A stretch of 64,000 bases of DNA from a bacterium (GTDB lineage Bacteria > Patescibacteriota > CPR2 > UBA1875 > JAJYID01): positions 556,321 to 620,320 of the forward strand of contig JAJYLR010000001.1 of NCBI GenBank assembly GCA_021787535.1, in the 5' to 3' direction. Positions 1 to 12,153 of this stretch are shown piece by piece; within the stretch, counting starts at the first letter, position 1; each line of letters starts with the position of its first letter. Under the pieces are notes generated by a model. The model had not been told where the DNA came from. It was given only the letters and a program-made list of their open reading frames with translations, and made no database searches. A program made the translations under genes and the position numbers.

Positions 1-1831
1 CCGGAGTTGTGACTTCCACTTTCATAATCGGCTCTAGAATAATCGGGTTTGCCTGTTTGACACCCGCCTGGAGCGCCATAGAACCGGCGATTTTAAAGGC
101 CATCTCAGAAGAATCAACTTCGTGGAATGATCCGTCATAGAGCGTGGCTTTGATATCGACTACCGGATAGCCGGCGATAACCCCGTTTGTCATCGCTTCT
201 TCGATACCTTTCTGGACAGGATTAATGTATTCCTTGGGAATCGCGCCGCCGACAATCTTATTTTCAAACTCAAAGCCGGTACCGCTTTCAATCGGTTCAA
301 GCTCAAGCCAGACATGGCCGTATTGGCCGCGGCCACCGGACTGCCTGATAAACTTGCCTTCAACTTTAGCTGTGCCTTTAATAGTTTCTTTGTATGCCAC
401 TTGAGGTCTGCCGACATTTGCTTCAACTTTAAACTCACGCTTCATTCTATCTACGATAATTTCCAGATGAAGCTCACCCATGCCCTCAATCAAGGTTTGG
501 CCTGTTTCTTCATTGGTTTTAATGCGAAATGTCGGATCTTCTTCGGCCAGCCGCGACAAAGCCACGCCCATTTTCTCCTGATCGGCTTTGGTCTTCGGTT
601 CGATAGCCACTTGGATAACCGGCTCCGGAAAAGTGATTTTCTCTAAAATAATAGATTTTTGCGTATCGCAAATCGTATCTCCGGTTGTAGTACCCTTTAA
701 GCCGACCGCGGCTGCGATTTCACCCGCATAAACTTCTTTCACTTCCTCCCGTGAGTTTGCATGCATTTTCAGGATTCGCCCGATTCTTTCCTTTGAACCG
801 GTTGTGGCATTTAGAACATAACTGCCGCTTGTCAGCACTCCCCTATAAACACGGAAAAAAGCCAGTTTGCCGACAAAAGGATCAGTGGCAATTTTAAATA
901 CTAGCGCAGCGAGCGGTGCGTCATCTTTCGGCTCAATAACGACTTCGTCGCCGGATTTGGCATCTTCGCCCTTTGCAGGCGGCACTTCTGTAGGCGCCGG
1001 CAGATAATCAACTACCGCATCAAGAATAGTTTCGACAATAACACCTCTGCCGTCTCCGCCGAGAACCGGGTAGAATTTGCCTGTCAAAACACTTTTTCTG
1101 ATGGCATCTTTAAATTCCGATTCGCTGATTTCTTCGCCGCCAAGATATTTTTCCATCAGAGCATCGTCGATTTCTACTACTTTTTCCAGAAGCTCTTCCC
1201 GATACTTTTTCACCTTATCCTGCATGTCGGCCGGCACTTCAGTTTCTTCCAGTTTTTTGTCAGTATACGCTTTATACTGATACGCTTTCTGAGTCACCAG
1301 ATCTATGACGCCGTGAATTTCTTGTTCAAAACCGATCGGGAGCTGGAGAGCGTAGGCATTTTTATTTAAACGTTCTCGGATAGAATCCAAACTTTTATAG
1401 AAATCACCTCCGGTCTGGTTGATCTTGTTGATAAAGCAGATTCTCGGGACGTGATATTTATCAGCTTGCCGCCAGACAGTTTCACTTTGAGGTTCTACCC
1501 CCATTTTTCCATCGAATACCACAACTGCGCCATCTAAAACTCGAAGAGATCTTTCTACCTCAACAGTAAAATCTACGTGACCAGGAGTATCGATAATATT
1601 AATGTTGTGATCTTTCCAGAAACAGGTGGTCGCAGCCGAAGTAATGGTAATGCCCCGCTCTTTCTCCTGTTCCATCCAGTCCATAGTCGCTTCCCCCTCA
1701 TGAACTTCACCAATTTTATGGGTACGCCCCGTAACGTACAAAATACCCTCCGTGACAGTCGTTTTTCCGGCGTCGATGTGGGCGATAATCCCGATATTTC
1801 TCATTTTTTCCAAGCTGTATTTTCTGGGCAT
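1..1831 (-). CDS. fusA: Elongation factor G (3' end outside window)
   Basis: Manual translation from the ATG at 1831 gives [25 protein letters not shown] (G1 motif) and later DTPGHVDF. The gene follows rpsG and is open at the window edge, so it is absent from the ORF track. Confidence 0.97.
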   Translation of the reverse strand, partial: MPRKYSLEKMRNIGIIAHIDAGKTTVTEGILYVTGRTHKIGEVHEGEATMDWMEQEKERGITITSAATTCFWKDHNINIIDTPGHVDFTVEVERSLRVLDGAVVVFDGKMGVEPQSETVWRQADKYHVPRICFINKINQTGGDFYKSLDSIRERLNKNAYALQLPIGFEQEIHGVIDLVTQKAYQYKAYTDKKLEETEVPADMQDKVKKYREELLEKVVEIDDALMEKYLGGEEISESEFKDAIRKSVLTGKFYPVLGGDGRGVIVETILDAVVDYLPAPTEVPPAKGEDAKSGDEVVIEPKDDAPLAALVFKIATDPFVGKLAFFRVYRGVLTSGSYVLNATTGSKERIGRILKMHANSREEVKEVYAGEIAAAVGLKGTTTGDTICDTQKSIILEKITFPEPVIQVAIEPKTKADQEKMGVALSRLAEEDPTFRIKTNEETGQTLIEGMGELHLEIIVDRMKREFKVEANVGRPQVAYKETIKGTAKVEGKFIRQSGGRGQYGHVWLELEPIESGTGFEFENKIVGGAIPKEYINPVQKGIEEAMTNGVIAGYPVVDIKATLYDGSFHEVDSSEMAFKIAGSMALQAGVKQANPIILEPIMKVEVTTP

Positions 1832-1893
1832 TCTAATTCCTAATCAAACTTAAATTTATCCTAATTACTAATTAACTAGTCCTTGTGACTTGA

Positions 1894-2370
1894 TTAATAT
1901 CTGGCAAAGTGAGCAAAGGCCTTGTTCGCTTCAGCCATTCTATGCGTATCTTCTTTTTTCTTGAAAGCCGTGCCGGCGCTATTATAAGCGTCAATGATTT
2001 CTTCCGCCAAACATTTGTCGTATGACTTTCCTTTTCTGCTACGCGCTGCATCACGAATCCAGGTAAAAGCATAGTGAACTTTTCGATTGCCTTTTACTTC
2101 TATCGGCACCTGATAAGTAGCTCCACCAATTCTCCTGGATTTAATCTGAACTTGGGGAGATACATTTTTAACAGCTGTTTCAAAGACTTCCAGCGGATCC
2201 GCCTTCAAAGTTTCCTGCACATTATCAAAAGCTTGATAAACCAGCTTGGTGGCTAGATTTTTCTTGCCGTTTAACATAGTTTTATTAATAAACTCAGACA
2301 CCAGAACGCTTTTGTATCTGGCATCCGGCGCGATAGGTCTTTTTGCTACTTTTCTTGGATCTCTTGGCAT
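1894..2370 (-). CDS. rpsG: 30S ribosomal protein S7
   Basis: SRRIGGATYQVP and HRMAEANKAFAH motifs; str operon position. Confidence 0.98.
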   Translation of the reverse strand: MPRDPRKVAKRPIAPDARYKSVLVSEFINKTMLNGKKNLATKLVYQAFDNVQETLKADPLEVFETAVKNVSPQVQIKSRRIGGATYQVPIEVKGNRKVHYAFTWIRDAARSRKGKSYDKCLAEEIIDAYNSAGTAFKKKEDTHRMAEANKAFAHFARY

Positions 2371-2396
2371 TTAAATTCCTTATTTGATTTATTATA

Positions 2397-2474
2397 GTTG
2401 TTGAATCGCTTCGCTTGTTGGAATTGTCATTTCGTTTCTAAGCTTTCCTACAATTCCCACATCTCTAACATTTT
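2397..2474. repeat. Dispersed repeat with about 9-nt periodicity, related to 60370-60445
   Basis: aatcgcttcgcttgttggaattgt (2404-2427) vs aatcgcttcgcttattggaatcgt (60417-60440), 22/24 identical. Confidence 0.7.
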
Positions 2475-2882
2475 CTACGACTTTTTGGCTCCGTATTTGC
2501 TTCTTCCTCTTTTTCTATTTTGAACCCCAGCGGTATCAAGCGTACCTCTGACGATGTGATACCTGACGCCCGGCAAATCTTTCACTCTCCCGCCTCTGAT
2601 CATGACCACACTGTGTTCCTGAAGATTATGACCGATACCTGGAATATAAGCGGTGACTTCCATGCCATTAGTCAAGCGCACTCTCGCAATTTTTCGAAGC
2701 GCTGAGTTTGGTTTCTTAGGCGTGGTAGTTGAAACTTTGACGCAAACACCTCTTTTCTGGGGAGAATTAGCGAAAACTGCTTTTGATTTCAAAGCATTAT
2801 AAGACCTGGCCAAAGCCGGAGATTTGCTCTTTTTGATCTTATCTTTTCTGGGTTTCCTAATCAGCTGATTTACTGTTGGCAT
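2475..2882 (-). CDS. rpsL: 30S ribosomal protein S12
   Basis: [10 protein letters not shown] and [11 protein letters not shown] motifs. Confidence 0.99.
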   Translation of the reverse strand: MPTVNQLIRKPRKDKIKKSKSPALARSYNALKSKAVFANSPQKRGVCVKVSTTTPKKPNSALRKIARVRLTNGMEVTAYIPGIGHNLQEHSVVMIRGGRVKDLPGVRYHIVRGTLDTAGVQNRKRGRSKYGAKKS

Positions 2883-2956
2883 TTCTTTCTCTTAAATTTA
2901 TTTAACCTGTTTATTTTATCATTTCTAGCTTAATCTTTCAACTCTAAGTTTCAATA

Positions 2957-5900
2957 CTATTGTTCGCCATGAAACCCTGTCCCTACCGGCACAAGTTTGC
3001 CGATAATCACATTTTCTTTGAGTCCACGAAGATTATCGACCTTGCCTTTGGTAGCCGCATCTATCAGAATTCTATTCGTTTCCATAAATGATGCCGCTGA
3101 AAGGAAGCTGTCTGTTGAAAGCGATACTTTGGTGATCGACAGCAAGAGGTTCGTTGCAGTTGCGGGTTTGCCGCCGGTTTTCTTAACTCTTTCATTCTCT
3201 TCCAGAAAACTGGTTCTGGAAACAATATTTCCGGAAACAAAGGTAGTATCGCCAGGTTCATCAACCTTAAGCCGCGAGAACATCTGCCGAATGATTACTT
3301 CTATGTGTTTATCATTAATAGTTTGGCCCTGTGAAGCATAAATCTGCTGTACTTCCGTAGTAATATATCGCTGTATCGCATTTTCACCGAGAAGTTCCAA
3401 AGCATCCTGTAAATTCCAAGATCCCTCAGTAAGCTGCTGGCCAAGTGAAACTTCATCCCCGTCTTTCACTAAAATACTAATATTATTTGCAACAATATAT
3501 TCTTTAATGTCTGCTTCTTTGACAACTGTTATAGTATTTTTATCCTTGGATATTTTAACAATTCCGCTGTTTTTAGCTTTGACAGATTTGCCATGGGCAT
3601 TTTTGGCGAGTACATCCTTGGCCTCGACCGTTTGGTTATTTTTGACTGATATTTCACCGCCCTTTACCTCATACTCATCTTTTTCAATAATTGTAGAAGC
3701 CACTGTTATAATTTTCTGGTTTTGCTTTGATGCAATATGCACTTTACCGGCAATCTCGGCCAGAACCGCTTGGCCTTTCGGCGGTCTGGCTTCAAAAATT
3801 TCTTCAACTCTTGGTAGTCCTTGAGTAATGTCAGCTCCGGCTACACCACCTGCATGAAAAGTTCTCATGGTTAGTTGAGTGCCGGGCTCGCCGATACTTT
3901 GAGCAGCAATAATGCCGATAGCTTCGCCCAGTGAAATCAATCCGCCGCGCGCCAGATCAGCTCCGTAACATTTCTGGCACACTCCCCATCTGACTTTACA
4001 AGTAAGAACGGAACGGATTTTTATTTCATTAATACCGGATTTTTCCATTTTCTTATAATCTTCTTCTGTTACAAGAGTTCCCTTTTTGACCACAACTTCG
4101 CCTGTTTTCTTGTTCATCGCATTCTCCGCCAAAACCCTGCCGATAATTCTAGCTGAGAAGTCCTCGCCTATCGTCTCACTCTCTTCCTTTGAAATAAGCA
4201 TACCTTCCGTATCTTTACAGTCACTCTCGGTAATCATAACGTCTTGAGCCACATCAACCAATCTCCTCGTTAGATACCCGGCATCTGCGGTTTTGATAGC
4301 GGTATCAGATAATCCTTTTCTAGCGCCATGGGTTGAGATGAAATATTCGAGAGAGGAGAATCCCTCTTTATAGTTTGATTTAATAGGAAGCTCAATGGTC
4401 CGGCCTATTGCATTCACTACATTGCCTTTCATGCCTGCAAGCTGGACAAGCTGCCCGATCTCTCCTCTAGCCCCTGAATCCATCATAATATAGAGCGGAT
4501 TGAGTTTATCCATTTCATCTACCATTGTCTTTTGAATCTTAGTCTTTGTCTTTTCCCAAAGTTCAAGATTCCTATTATATTTCTCTTCTTCCGTTATTAG
4601 CCCCTGTCCTACCATTTCCGTCAGCTTATCTACCCTTGCCTCGGCTTCCTTAATAGTTTCTTCCTTTGACCCTGGTATCTTTAAATCATCCATCGAGAAA
4701 GAAATGCCGGATAGAGTGGCATAATGGAATCCCATATCTTTAATATCATTGACAAATCTTGCTGTTTCTTCTTGACCATAGCTGTCGAAAATAAGTTTAA
4801 TAATTTCAGCCAGCTTTTTCTTGGTCAAAACTTCATTTACAAATTCGGTTCCTTTCGGCATCAGAGCATTGAATTTAAGCCGCCCGACCGTGGTCTCTAT
4901 TATCTTTCCGCTAATTCTAACTTTTATTTTAGCAAGCAATCCCGCATATCCGTTTTGGTATGCTAAAATCGCCTCATCAGAGTCCGAAAAATATTTGCCT
5001 TCGCCTTCCTCTCCGTCTTTAATTAAAGACATATAGTAGCATCCAAGTACTATATCCTGACTGGGATTCATGACCGGTTCCCCGGCGGCGGGCTTCAAAA
5101 TATTTTTTGTTGAAAGCATAATTTCGCGGGCTTCTTCTTGAGCTTTGCCGGATAAAGGAACATGCACGGCCATCTGGTCTCCATCAAAGTCTGCGTTAAA
5201 AGCGGCGCAAACCAGCGGATGAATCTGGATCGCCTTGCCTTCTATTAAAACCGGCTGGAAAGCTTGAATACCGAGACGATGCAAAGTCGGAGCGCGGTTT
5301 AGAAGAACATATTTATTTTTAATAATCTCATCGAGCGCATCCCAAACTTCGCTTGTGCCCATTTCTATAAGCTTGGAAGCATTTTTTATGTTATGGGCGA
5401 TGCCGCCGGTAATGAGTTTAGAAATTACAAAGGGCTTAAAGAGTTCCAGAGCCATCATTTTAGGAATGCCGCATTGGTGAAGTTTCAGATCGGGTCCGAC
5501 AACGATCACACTTCGGCCTGAGTAATCAACACGTTTTCCAAGCAGGTTTTGTCTGAAGCGGCCGTGTTTGCCTTTCAGCATATCGGCTAAAGATCTAAGT
5601 TTCTTTTTCTGGCCCGCCCCTTGAGCCGCTTTTTCCCTTTTTGAGCTGGAATCAATCAGAGAATCAACTGCTTCCTGCAGCATTCTTTTTTCATTTCGGC
5701 AAATCACGCCGGGCGCATCCATAGCAAGAAGTTTTTTCAAGCGGTTATTTCTGTTTATCACTCTCCGATATAGATCGTTTAAATCACTGGCGGCAAATCT
5801 GCCCCCGTCAAGCTGAACCATAGGGCGAAGATCAGGCGGGATAACCGGCAAAACGTTCATAATCATCCATTCCGGCTTAATTCCTGCATTCTTAAAACCC

Positions 5901-6700
5901 TCGGCCCATTTAAGGCGTTTGAGAGCTTTTTTTCTTTTTTGGCCGTGTGACACATTAACCTCATTTACCAATTCTTTCACAAGAGTATCAATATCAACTT
6001 TCTTTAAAAGCTCTAAGATGGCCTCAGCTCCTATCCCGGCTTTGAAAAGGTGGCCGTATTTCATGGAATATTCTCTGTATTTGGCTTCTGTTAAAGTAGA
6101 TCGCTCCTTTAATTCTTCAATTTCTTTTTTGGCCGCATTTCTGGAGTTTTCCAAGTCCTCGATTGCCTTTTGGGCAGCACGGGCATCTTTTTCTTCGCTT
6201 AAAACAGCTTTCTTTTTACTCTTTAGTTCATCATCCAAAGAGGCGATCATCTCTTTTTTTGCCTTTTCATTCACTTCTGTCACAGCGTAATTTGCAAAAT
6301 AAACTACTCTTTCCAGATCTTTTACACCGATTTCAAGCAAAAGCCCGACAGAGCTTGGGATACCTTTTAAAAACCAAATATGAGCGACAGGAACCGCGAG
6401 TTTAATATGGCCCATTCTTTCTCTTCGAACTAAGCTTCGAGTTACTTCAACCCCGCATTTATCGCAAATAATGCCTTTGTACCGGATTTTTTTATATTTT
6501 CCGCAGTAACATTCCCAGTCTTTAGTCGGACCGAAGATTTTTTCGCAGAAAAGGCCGTCTTTTTCCGGTTTCTGGGTTCGATAGTTAATCGTTTCCGGCT
6601 TTGTAACCTCACCGTGCGACCATTTTAAAATCTGTTCCGGCGACGCTACCGAAATTTTGACCGCATTAAATATTTGGCTTTGTTCGTCAATTTTTGGCAT
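2957..6700 (-). CDS. rpoC: RNA polymerase beta' subunit
   Basis: NADFDGDQM catalytic motif; N-terminal zinc-binding cysteines. Confidence 0.99.
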   Translation of the reverse strand: MPKIDEQSQIFNAVKISVASPEQILKWSHGEVTKPETINYRTQKPEKDGLFCEKIFGPTKDWECYCGKYKKIRYKGIICDKCGVEVTRSLVRRERMGHIKLAVPVAHIWFLKGIPSSVGLLLEIGVKDLERVVYFANYAVTEVNEKAKKEMIASLDDELKSKKKAVLSEEKDARAAQKAIEDLENSRNAAKKEIEELKERSTLTEAKYREYSMKYGHLFKAGIGAEAILELLKKVDIDTLVKELVNEVNVSHGQKRKKALKRLKWAEGFKNAGIKPEWMIMNVLPVIPPDLRPMVQLDGGRFAASDLNDLYRRVINRNNRLKKLLAMDAPGVICRNEKRMLQEAVDSLIDSSSKREKAAQGAGQKKKLRSLADMLKGKHGRFRQNLLGKRVDYSGRSVIVVGPDLKLHQCGIPKMMALELFKPFVISKLITGGIAHNIKNASKLIEMGTSEVWDALDEIIKNKYVLLNRAPTLHRLGIQAFQPVLIEGKAIQIHPLVCAAFNADFDGDQMAVHVPLSGKAQEEAREIMLSTKNILKPAAGEPVMNPSQDIVLGCYYMSLIKDGEEGEGKYFSDSDEAILAYQNGYAGLLAKIKVRISGKIIETTVGRLKFNALMPKGTEFVNEVLTKKKLAEIIKLIFDSYGQEETARFVNDIKDMGFHYATLSGISFSMDDLKIPGSKEETIKEAEARVDKLTEMVGQGLITEEEKYNRNLELWEKTKTKIQKTMVDEMDKLNPLYIMMDSGARGEIGQLVQLAGMKGNVVNAIGRTIELPIKSNYKEGFSSLEYFISTHGARKGLSDTAIKTADAGYLTRRLVDVAQDVMITESDCKDTEGMLISKEESETIGEDFSARIIGRVLAENAMNKKTGEVVVKKGTLVTEEDYKKMEKSGINEIKIRSVLTCKVRWGVCQKCYGADLARGGLISLGEAIGIIAAQSIGEPGTQLTMRTFHAGGVAGADITQGLPRVEEIFEARPPKGQAVLAEIAGKVHIASKQNQKIITVASTIIEKDEYEVKGGEISVKNNQTVEAKDVLAKNAHGKSVKAKNSGIVKISKDKNTITVVKEADIKEYIVANNISILVKDGDEVSLGQQLTEGSWNLQDALELLGENAIQRYITTEVQQIYASQGQTINDKHIEVIIRQMFSRLKVDEPGDTTFVSGNIVSRTSFLEENERVKKTGGKPATATNLLLSITKVSLSTDSFLSAASFMETNRILIDAATKGKVDNLRGLKENVIIGKLVPVGTGFHGEQ

Positions 6701-6734
6701 CTTGAAATTCCTTAAAACTTATAAATTTAATTAA

Positions 6735-9700
6735 CTAATCACTCGTCACATCTATCTCAGGCAAATCCGCTCCTTTGCCCTCGATAATTTCCGCATCTTT
6801 CAATTCTTCAATATCTTCTTCATACTCAGTTTCTATAACTTCTTCGGCTGTCGCTTCTCTTTTGATCCGATCTTTAGCATCTTTCTGCAAGAGTTCAATA
6901 TTCAAACCTAAACCTTGCAGCTCTTTAGTTAAAACATTGAAAGACTCCGGTATACCCGGCTCTTTAATTTGTTCACCTTTAATAGTAGATTCATAAACCT
7001 TGCTTCTGCCGATTACATCATCACTCTTCACTGTTAACATTTCCTGCAAAGTATGGGCGGCCCCATAAGCTTCAAGTGCCCAGACTTCCATCTCTCCAAA
7101 TCTCTGGCCTCCGTTTTGGGCTTTTCCGCCGAGCGGCTGCTGCGTCACCATGGCATATGGGCCGATTGATCTGGCATGAACTTTATCCTCTACCAAATGA
7201 AGTAATTTTAAAATGTAGTTATAACCGACTGTTGTTTTCTGATTGAAGTATTCACCGGTCCTGCCGTCTCTCAGCCGGATCCGGCCGTCTTCCGGCAAAC
7301 CGGCTTTTGCAAGTTCTTCCTTGATATTTTCAATGTTTACGCCATTAAAAACAGGTGAAGCCACTTTATAGCCAAGCGCTTTAGCCGCCCATCCAAGATG
7401 AGTCTCTAAAACCTGCCCGATGTTAAGGCGGGAAACAACCCCTAGAGGATTTAAAATGACGTCAACCGGCGTGCCGTCTTCAAGATAAGGCAGGTCTTCA
7501 ACCGGCAGAATTCTGGCAATCACTCCTTTGTTTCCGTGGCGCCCGGCCATCTTATCCCCGACCGCTACCTTTCTCATTTGAGCAACGGTAACAAATACCT
7601 GCTTTATAACCCCGACCGGCAGCTCGTCGCCTTTATCCCTGGACTTAATTCTGACATCGATCACTTTGCCATTCAGCCGCGACGGCAGCCGAAGCGACGT
7701 GTCTTTCACATCACGGGCTTTTTCACCGAAAATAGCACGGAGCAGTCTTTCCTCAGCCGTTAGCTCGGTCTCGCCTTTTGCAGTAATCTTACCGACCAAA
7801 ATATCGCCCGACGTTACTTCGGCGCCGATTCTCACTATCCCATCCTCATCCAGATCGCGAAGAGCTTCTTCACCGACATTTGGAATATCGCGGGTAATCA
7901 CTTCGGGACCAAGTTTGGTATCACGAACATCTATAGGAAACTCTTCCAGGTGGATAGAAGTATATCTATCATCCGAAACGAGCCGTTCTGAAATAATAAT
8001 AGCATCTTCGTAGTTGCCTCCTTGCCAATTCATGTATGCCACAAGGACATTCTGGCCTAAAGCTATCTCTCCGTCTTCTGTGGCAGTCCCGTCTATTAAA
8101 AGATCGCCTTTTTTAATTTTCTGTTCTTTTTCAACAACAGTTTTTTGATTGATGCAGGTTCCCTGATTAGACATCGCAAATTTATCTAGCGCATAAATTT
8201 CTTCTTTGCCATCTGTGTATTTAACAGCTACGGAATCAGCCGTAGAAGCAATAACTTCTCCGCCTGTGCGAGCTCTCACAATTTGCCCGGACGATTCCGC
8301 TACATTCCCTTCAACGCCGGTTCCTACAACCGGTGACTCCGGTTTCACAAGAGAAACGGCCTGGCGCTGCATGTTTGCGCCCATCAGGGCTCTCTTTGCA
8401 TCATCATGTTCCAAAAATGGTATGAGAGCTGTTGAGATGCTGACAGATTGTTTAGTTGAGACGTCAAGATAATCTATTTCTTCCACTAGCGCTTCGTCTG
8501 CTTCCAGTTTTCTCCTGACCGGAAGAATTTTATCCTTGAAATATCCCTTTTCATCCAGAGGTGTGCTGGCTTCGGCAATAATAGAATTTTCTTCCTGAGC
8601 TGCATTTAAATAAACTATATCGTCTGATACTCTTGATTTGATTTTAATGATATCTTTTTTCACCTTTTGAAGCTGCGCAGCTATTTTTTGAGTGATAACA
8701 TCTCCGCTGTCCACAACCTTTCTCGCTCCGTCTTTGATGGTTTCAGCTGAAATTTCTCCAACCGGAGATTTGCCGTCATTTTTCACTTCTTTCAGTACTT
8801 TACGGTACGGCGCTTCTAAGAATCCATATTCATTGACTCTCGCATATGAAGCAAGAGCATTCACAAGACCAATATTCGGCCCTTCGGGAGTTTCTATCGG
8901 ACAAATGCGGCCGTAATGCGTACGGTGCACATCTCTAACCTCAAAACCTGCCCTTTCGCGGGTTAAACCGCCGGGACCGAGAGCTGATAATCTTCTTTTA
9001 TTTGAAAGTTCAGCGAGCGGATTTGTTTGATCCATAAATTGCGAAAGCTGAGATGAAGCAAAGAATTCTTTAATAGAAGCAACAACCGGTCTCACATTTA
9101 CCAGCTGGCTCGGGGTAACCGTTTCGGGGTCATTGGTACTCATCCGGTCTTTGATGATTCTCTCAGTCCTTAGCATCCCTACCCTGAATCTCTGTTGTAG
9201 TAGCTCGCCCATAGTTCTGAGCCGTCTGTTTGCTAAGTGATCAATGTCATCATGTTCTCCCTGTGCATTGTTCAGTTTAATAATTTCTTTAATAACTTCA
9301 ACCAGATCGCTCACCTGAAATACTCTGTGTTTTCTATCTTCCGGCAAATTCAAACCCAACCGTTGGTTTATCTTGAATCTGCCAACGCGCGAAAGATCAT
9401 ATTTTCTATGGTCAAAAAACATTCCGTCAATCAAAGATTTGGAATTATCGGCAGTTGCAAGATCACCGGGACGGATCTTTTTATAAGTTTCTATATAGGC
9501 CTCTTCTCTATTGGAGGAAGTGTCTTTTTCTAAAGTAGCATTTATATAGTCATGTTCCTTATCAGTATTAACTGAAGTGAAAAGCTTTTTTATATCTTCA
9601 TCCGCGGCATAACCAAAAGCTCGAAGCAAAGTTGTAACAGGAAATTTTCTCTTGCGGTCGATTTTGACATAGATCACATCCTGAGCCGATGTTTCCAGTT

Positions 9701-10211
9701 CAAGCCAAGCGCCATAGACCGGAATAATTTTGGCGCCGAAATATTTTCTTCCGCTTATCCAGTCAACAGTAAAAAATGCACCCGGTGAGCGCATTAGCTG
9801 GCTAATTATGACTCTCTCGACACCATTGATAATAAAAGTCCCTCTCTCTGTCATAATAGGCAAGTCGCCGAGAAATATCTCTTGATTCCGAGTTTTCCCG
9901 GTAACCTTGTTTTTGAGCTCTAGATTGACTCTGATAGGAGCTTCATAAGTCATCTTTTTTTGTTTGGCAACTTTTTCCGAATGTTTTTCTTCTTCTAGAT
10001 AATAATCTTTAAAAGACAGCTCTAAGTTCTGTTTGGTAAAATCTTCTATCGGAGAGAGTTCTTCGAATATTTCTCCTATGCCTTCTTTAACAAACCAGTT
10101 GTAACTATCGGCCTGAATTTCAAGAAGATTTGGCAGCGGCAAGATCTCCTTTGTTTTATTAAAATACTTCCTTTGTGTTTTCGATGCGGTCACAGAGTCG
10201 CTTTTTGCCAT
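6735..10211 (-). CDS. rpoB: RNA polymerase beta subunit
   Basis: GDKMAGRHGNKG and GGQRFGEMEVWALEAYGAA motifs. Confidence 0.99.
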   Translation of the reverse strand: MAKSDSVTASKTQRKYFNKTKEILPLPNLLEIQADSYNWFVKEGIGEIFEELSPIEDFTKQNLELSFKDYYLEEEKHSEKVAKQKKMTYEAPIRVNLELKNKVTGKTRNQEIFLGDLPIMTERGTFIINGVERVIISQLMRSPGAFFTVDWISGRKYFGAKIIPVYGAWLELETSAQDVIYVKIDRKRKFPVTTLLRAFGYAADEDIKKLFTSVNTDKEHDYINATLEKDTSSNREEAYIETYKKIRPGDLATADNSKSLIDGMFFDHRKYDLSRVGRFKINQRLGLNLPEDRKHRVFQVSDLVEVIKEIIKLNNAQGEHDDIDHLANRRLRTMGELLQQRFRVGMLRTERIIKDRMSTNDPETVTPSQLVNVRPVVASIKEFFASSQLSQFMDQTNPLAELSNKRRLSALGPGGLTRERAGFEVRDVHRTHYGRICPIETPEGPNIGLVNALASYARVNEYGFLEAPYRKVLKEVKNDGKSPVGEISAETIKDGARKVVDSGDVITQKIAAQLQKVKKDIIKIKSRVSDDIVYLNAAQEENSIIAEASTPLDEKGYFKDKILPVRRKLEADEALVEEIDYLDVSTKQSVSISTALIPFLEHDDAKRALMGANMQRQAVSLVKPESPVVGTGVEGNVAESSGQIVRARTGGEVIASTADSVAVKYTDGKEEIYALDKFAMSNQGTCINQKTVVEKEQKIKKGDLLIDGTATEDGEIALGQNVLVAYMNWQGGNYEDAIIISERLVSDDRYTSIHLEEFPIDVRDTKLGPEVITRDIPNVGEEALRDLDEDGIVRIGAEVTSGDILVGKITAKGETELTAEERLLRAIFGEKARDVKDTSLRLPSRLNGKVIDVRIKSRDKGDELPVGVIKQVFVTVAQMRKVAVGDKMAGRHGNKGVIARILPVEDLPYLEDGTPVDVILNPLGVVSRLNIGQVLETHLGWAAKALGYKVASPVFNGVNIENIKEELAKAGLPEDGRIRLRDGRTGEYFNQKTTVGYNYILKLLHLVEDKVHARSIGPYAMVTQQPLGGKAQNGGQRFGEMEVWALEAYGAAHTLQEMLTVKSDDVIGRSKVYESTIKGEQIKEPGIPESFNVLTKELQGLGLNIELLQKDAKDRIKREATAEEVIETEYEEDIEELKDAEIIEGKGADLPEIDVTSD

Positions 10212-10413
10212 AAAAACAAGTGCTCCTTAAATAAATTTAAATTAACTTCTCTTGTTAGGAGTTTCTTTTTCCGTTATTTTTGGGAATGGAACCTGGTGCA
10301 AATCTCATGATCGACAAGTTCATTTCTATAGTTTTCAGAGCGTTGAGATTTTTGAACAGGCCTAGTCTTGGTCAAAGTATTCCCTTTTCTGTATATAATA
10401 AAGACTAAAAAAC

Positions 10414-10442
10414 AATATACTCTTTTTGTCAAAAACTGTCAA
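10414..10442 (-). promoter_or_regulatory. Sigma70-type promoter for rpoB
   Basis: Minus strand TTGACA-17nt-TATATT. Confidence 0.65.
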
Positions 10443-10472
10443 CAGTTTTTATAAAAAATAATTTTTTATAAG

Positions 10473-11444
10473 CTATTTAAGGTTATTTTTAAATCTTTTC
10501 ACTCTTATTAATCCCGAGCATGGAATAACTTTCACGCCTTTTTTCTCGATTTCATCCAGCAATAGATTCGTCCCTAGAGAATCCGAGGATATATGGCCGG
10601 CAATCACAATATTAATATGGTTTTTTGCCGCTTCCTTTCTATCTTTTTCATTAACATGCATAGCTATCACAGTACCGATGCCTGCCTGCGCCATCTTCTC
10701 ATAAACTTCTGACCCCATGCTTGTTCCGCCGGTAATACCGGCCGCCACTATTTTTCCAGCTTTACTCTTCGGGCTGCCGGAGAAAATCTTGGGTCCGGCT
10801 CCAATTTTCACCGCTTCCTTATATTCCGGAACTTCTTTCAAAATATCCAGAATTTCGCCGACAGTTTCGGGTTTTTTCTTCTTCATCAGATTCTCTATAA
10901 AAGTGTAAACGCTATTATCAGCCGGGGTATGGGCGCATAAAAATGGAATATCGAGAATTTTAGCGGTATCTACCGGACGATTGTGGTTAGCCGGAGCAAT
11001 ACCCCGATCAACTTCACCGATTCTTTCCATGGAAACACCCTCAGCAATATTGATCGGCACTCCCCCAATATGCATAACATCAATATTTAAATCCATTACA
11101 TCGGCAAGTCTCGCATAAGCTTTTCCCTCCGGATGGTGGGCAAAAACAAGATCAATATTTTCTCCTTTTTCTTTCAATCTATCGGCTAGAAGTATCTCTG
11201 GAGTTTCCATATCGATACCGGCTAAAACAGTTTTCACCTCTGTTTTGGGATCGCCGTACAGAATGCGCGTGTCGGCAAAGGGATTAGCCAGTTTTTCTTT
11301 GTCAAACTCATCTTTTTTCTTTTTATCCAGCTTGGCATATTCACCCTCGAGCTTTTTTAATCTCTTTTCGATTTCTTTTTTACCGCGTGGATCCGCGTCA
11401 ATGCCCTTTTGGATAAAAAGATTATAAATCTCTTCAAGTTTCAT
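10473..11444 (-). CDS. NIF3/NGG1p-interacting factor family protein
   Basis: HHP motif, HTPAD motif and C-terminal GHISSD. Confidence 0.85.
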   Translation of the reverse strand: MKLEEIYNLFIQKGIDADPRGKKEIEKRLKKLEGEYAKLDKKKKDEFDKEKLANPFADTRILYGDPKTEVKTVLAGIDMETPEILLADRLKEKGENIDLVFAHHPEGKAYARLADVMDLNIDVMHIGGVPINIAEGVSMERIGEVDRGIAPANHNRPVDTAKILDIPFLCAHTPADNSVYTFIENLMKKKKPETVGEILDILKEVPEYKEAVKIGAGPKIFSGSPKSKAGKIVAAGITGGTSMGSEVYEKMAQAGIGTVIAMHVNEKDRKEAAKNHINIVIAGHISSDSLGTNLLLDEIEKKGVKVIPCSGLIRVKRFKNNLK

Positions 11445-11445
11445 G

Positions 11446-12048
11446 CTATCTCCTCGATTCGATTATTTTATCAACCATACCATAAGTTTTAGCTTCCCGA
11501 GCGCTCATAAAGTAGTCTCTTTCAACATCCTCGGCAACTTTTTTAACGCCTTGGCCCGTATGTTTGGCTAAAATATTATTCAGATTTTCTTTGAGTCTTC
11601 TTATTTCTTTAGTGTGGATTTCAATATCAGTCACTTGTCCGCCCATACCCATAATATGCGGCTGATGAATCATAATCTGAGAGTTTGGCAGTGAAAATCT
11701 TTTATTCTTTACTCCTGCACCCAGCAGTATAGCCGCGCCGCTCGCAGCAAGTCCAACACAAATCGTTGAAACATCGGGCTTTATATATTGCATGGTGTCA
11801 TAGATTGCCAGTGCTGAAGAGACTGCGCCTCCCGGCGAATTAATGTACAAATTAATATCTTTTTTAGGATCCTCACTTTCTAAAAATAGAAGCTGGGCAA
11901 TAATAATATTTGCCACGGTATCATCGATCGGAGTCCCCAGAAAAACTATGCGGTCTTTCAAAAGCCGCGAATAAATATCATAGGCCCTCTCACCCATGTG
12001 AGTTTTTTCAATGACTGTGGGAATAAGTATTTGGTTTTTAGGTGTCAT
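11446..12048 (-). CDS. clpP: ATP-dependent Clp protease proteolytic subunit
   Basis: [18 protein letters not shown] and IMIHQP motifs. Start moved to 12048 (upstream GAAAGGAAG) because the longer ORF begins inside a repeat. Confidence 0.97.
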   Translation of the reverse strand: MTPKNQILIPTVIEKTHMGERAYDIYSRLLKDRIVFLGTPIDDTVANIIIAQLLFLESEDPKKDINLYINSPGGAVSSALAIYDTMQYIKPDVSTICVGLAASGAAILLGAGVKNKRFSLPNSQIMIHQPHIMGMGGQVTDIEIHTKEIRRLKENLNNILAKHTGQGVKKVAEDVERDYFMSAREAKTYGMVDKIIESRR

Positions 12049-12079
12049 ATTCTTCCTTTCTGTCATTCCCACCCTCCTT

Positions 12080-12147
12080 TGTCATTCCCGCGCAGGCGGG
12101 AATCCAGAATTTATTTGTATAGATTCCGGATCAAGTCCGGAATGACA
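12080..12147. repeat. Inverted pair of GTCATTC...GAATC palindromic repeats (REP-like)
   Basis: tgtcattcccgcgcaggcgggaatcc ... gattccggatcaagtccggaatgaca. The second unit is an exact reverse complement of 56787-56812. Confidence 0.9.
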
Positions 12148-12153
12148 TATGAA

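Noticed and set aside
12049-12072. N-terminal extensions of clpP (also gatA to 56732, ligA to 59790, pyrE to 14869, tyrS to 26990)
   Set aside because: These are longest-ORF artefacts running into repeats, promoters or neighbouring genes. Downstream starts fit the RBS or -10 signals and typical protein lengths better.
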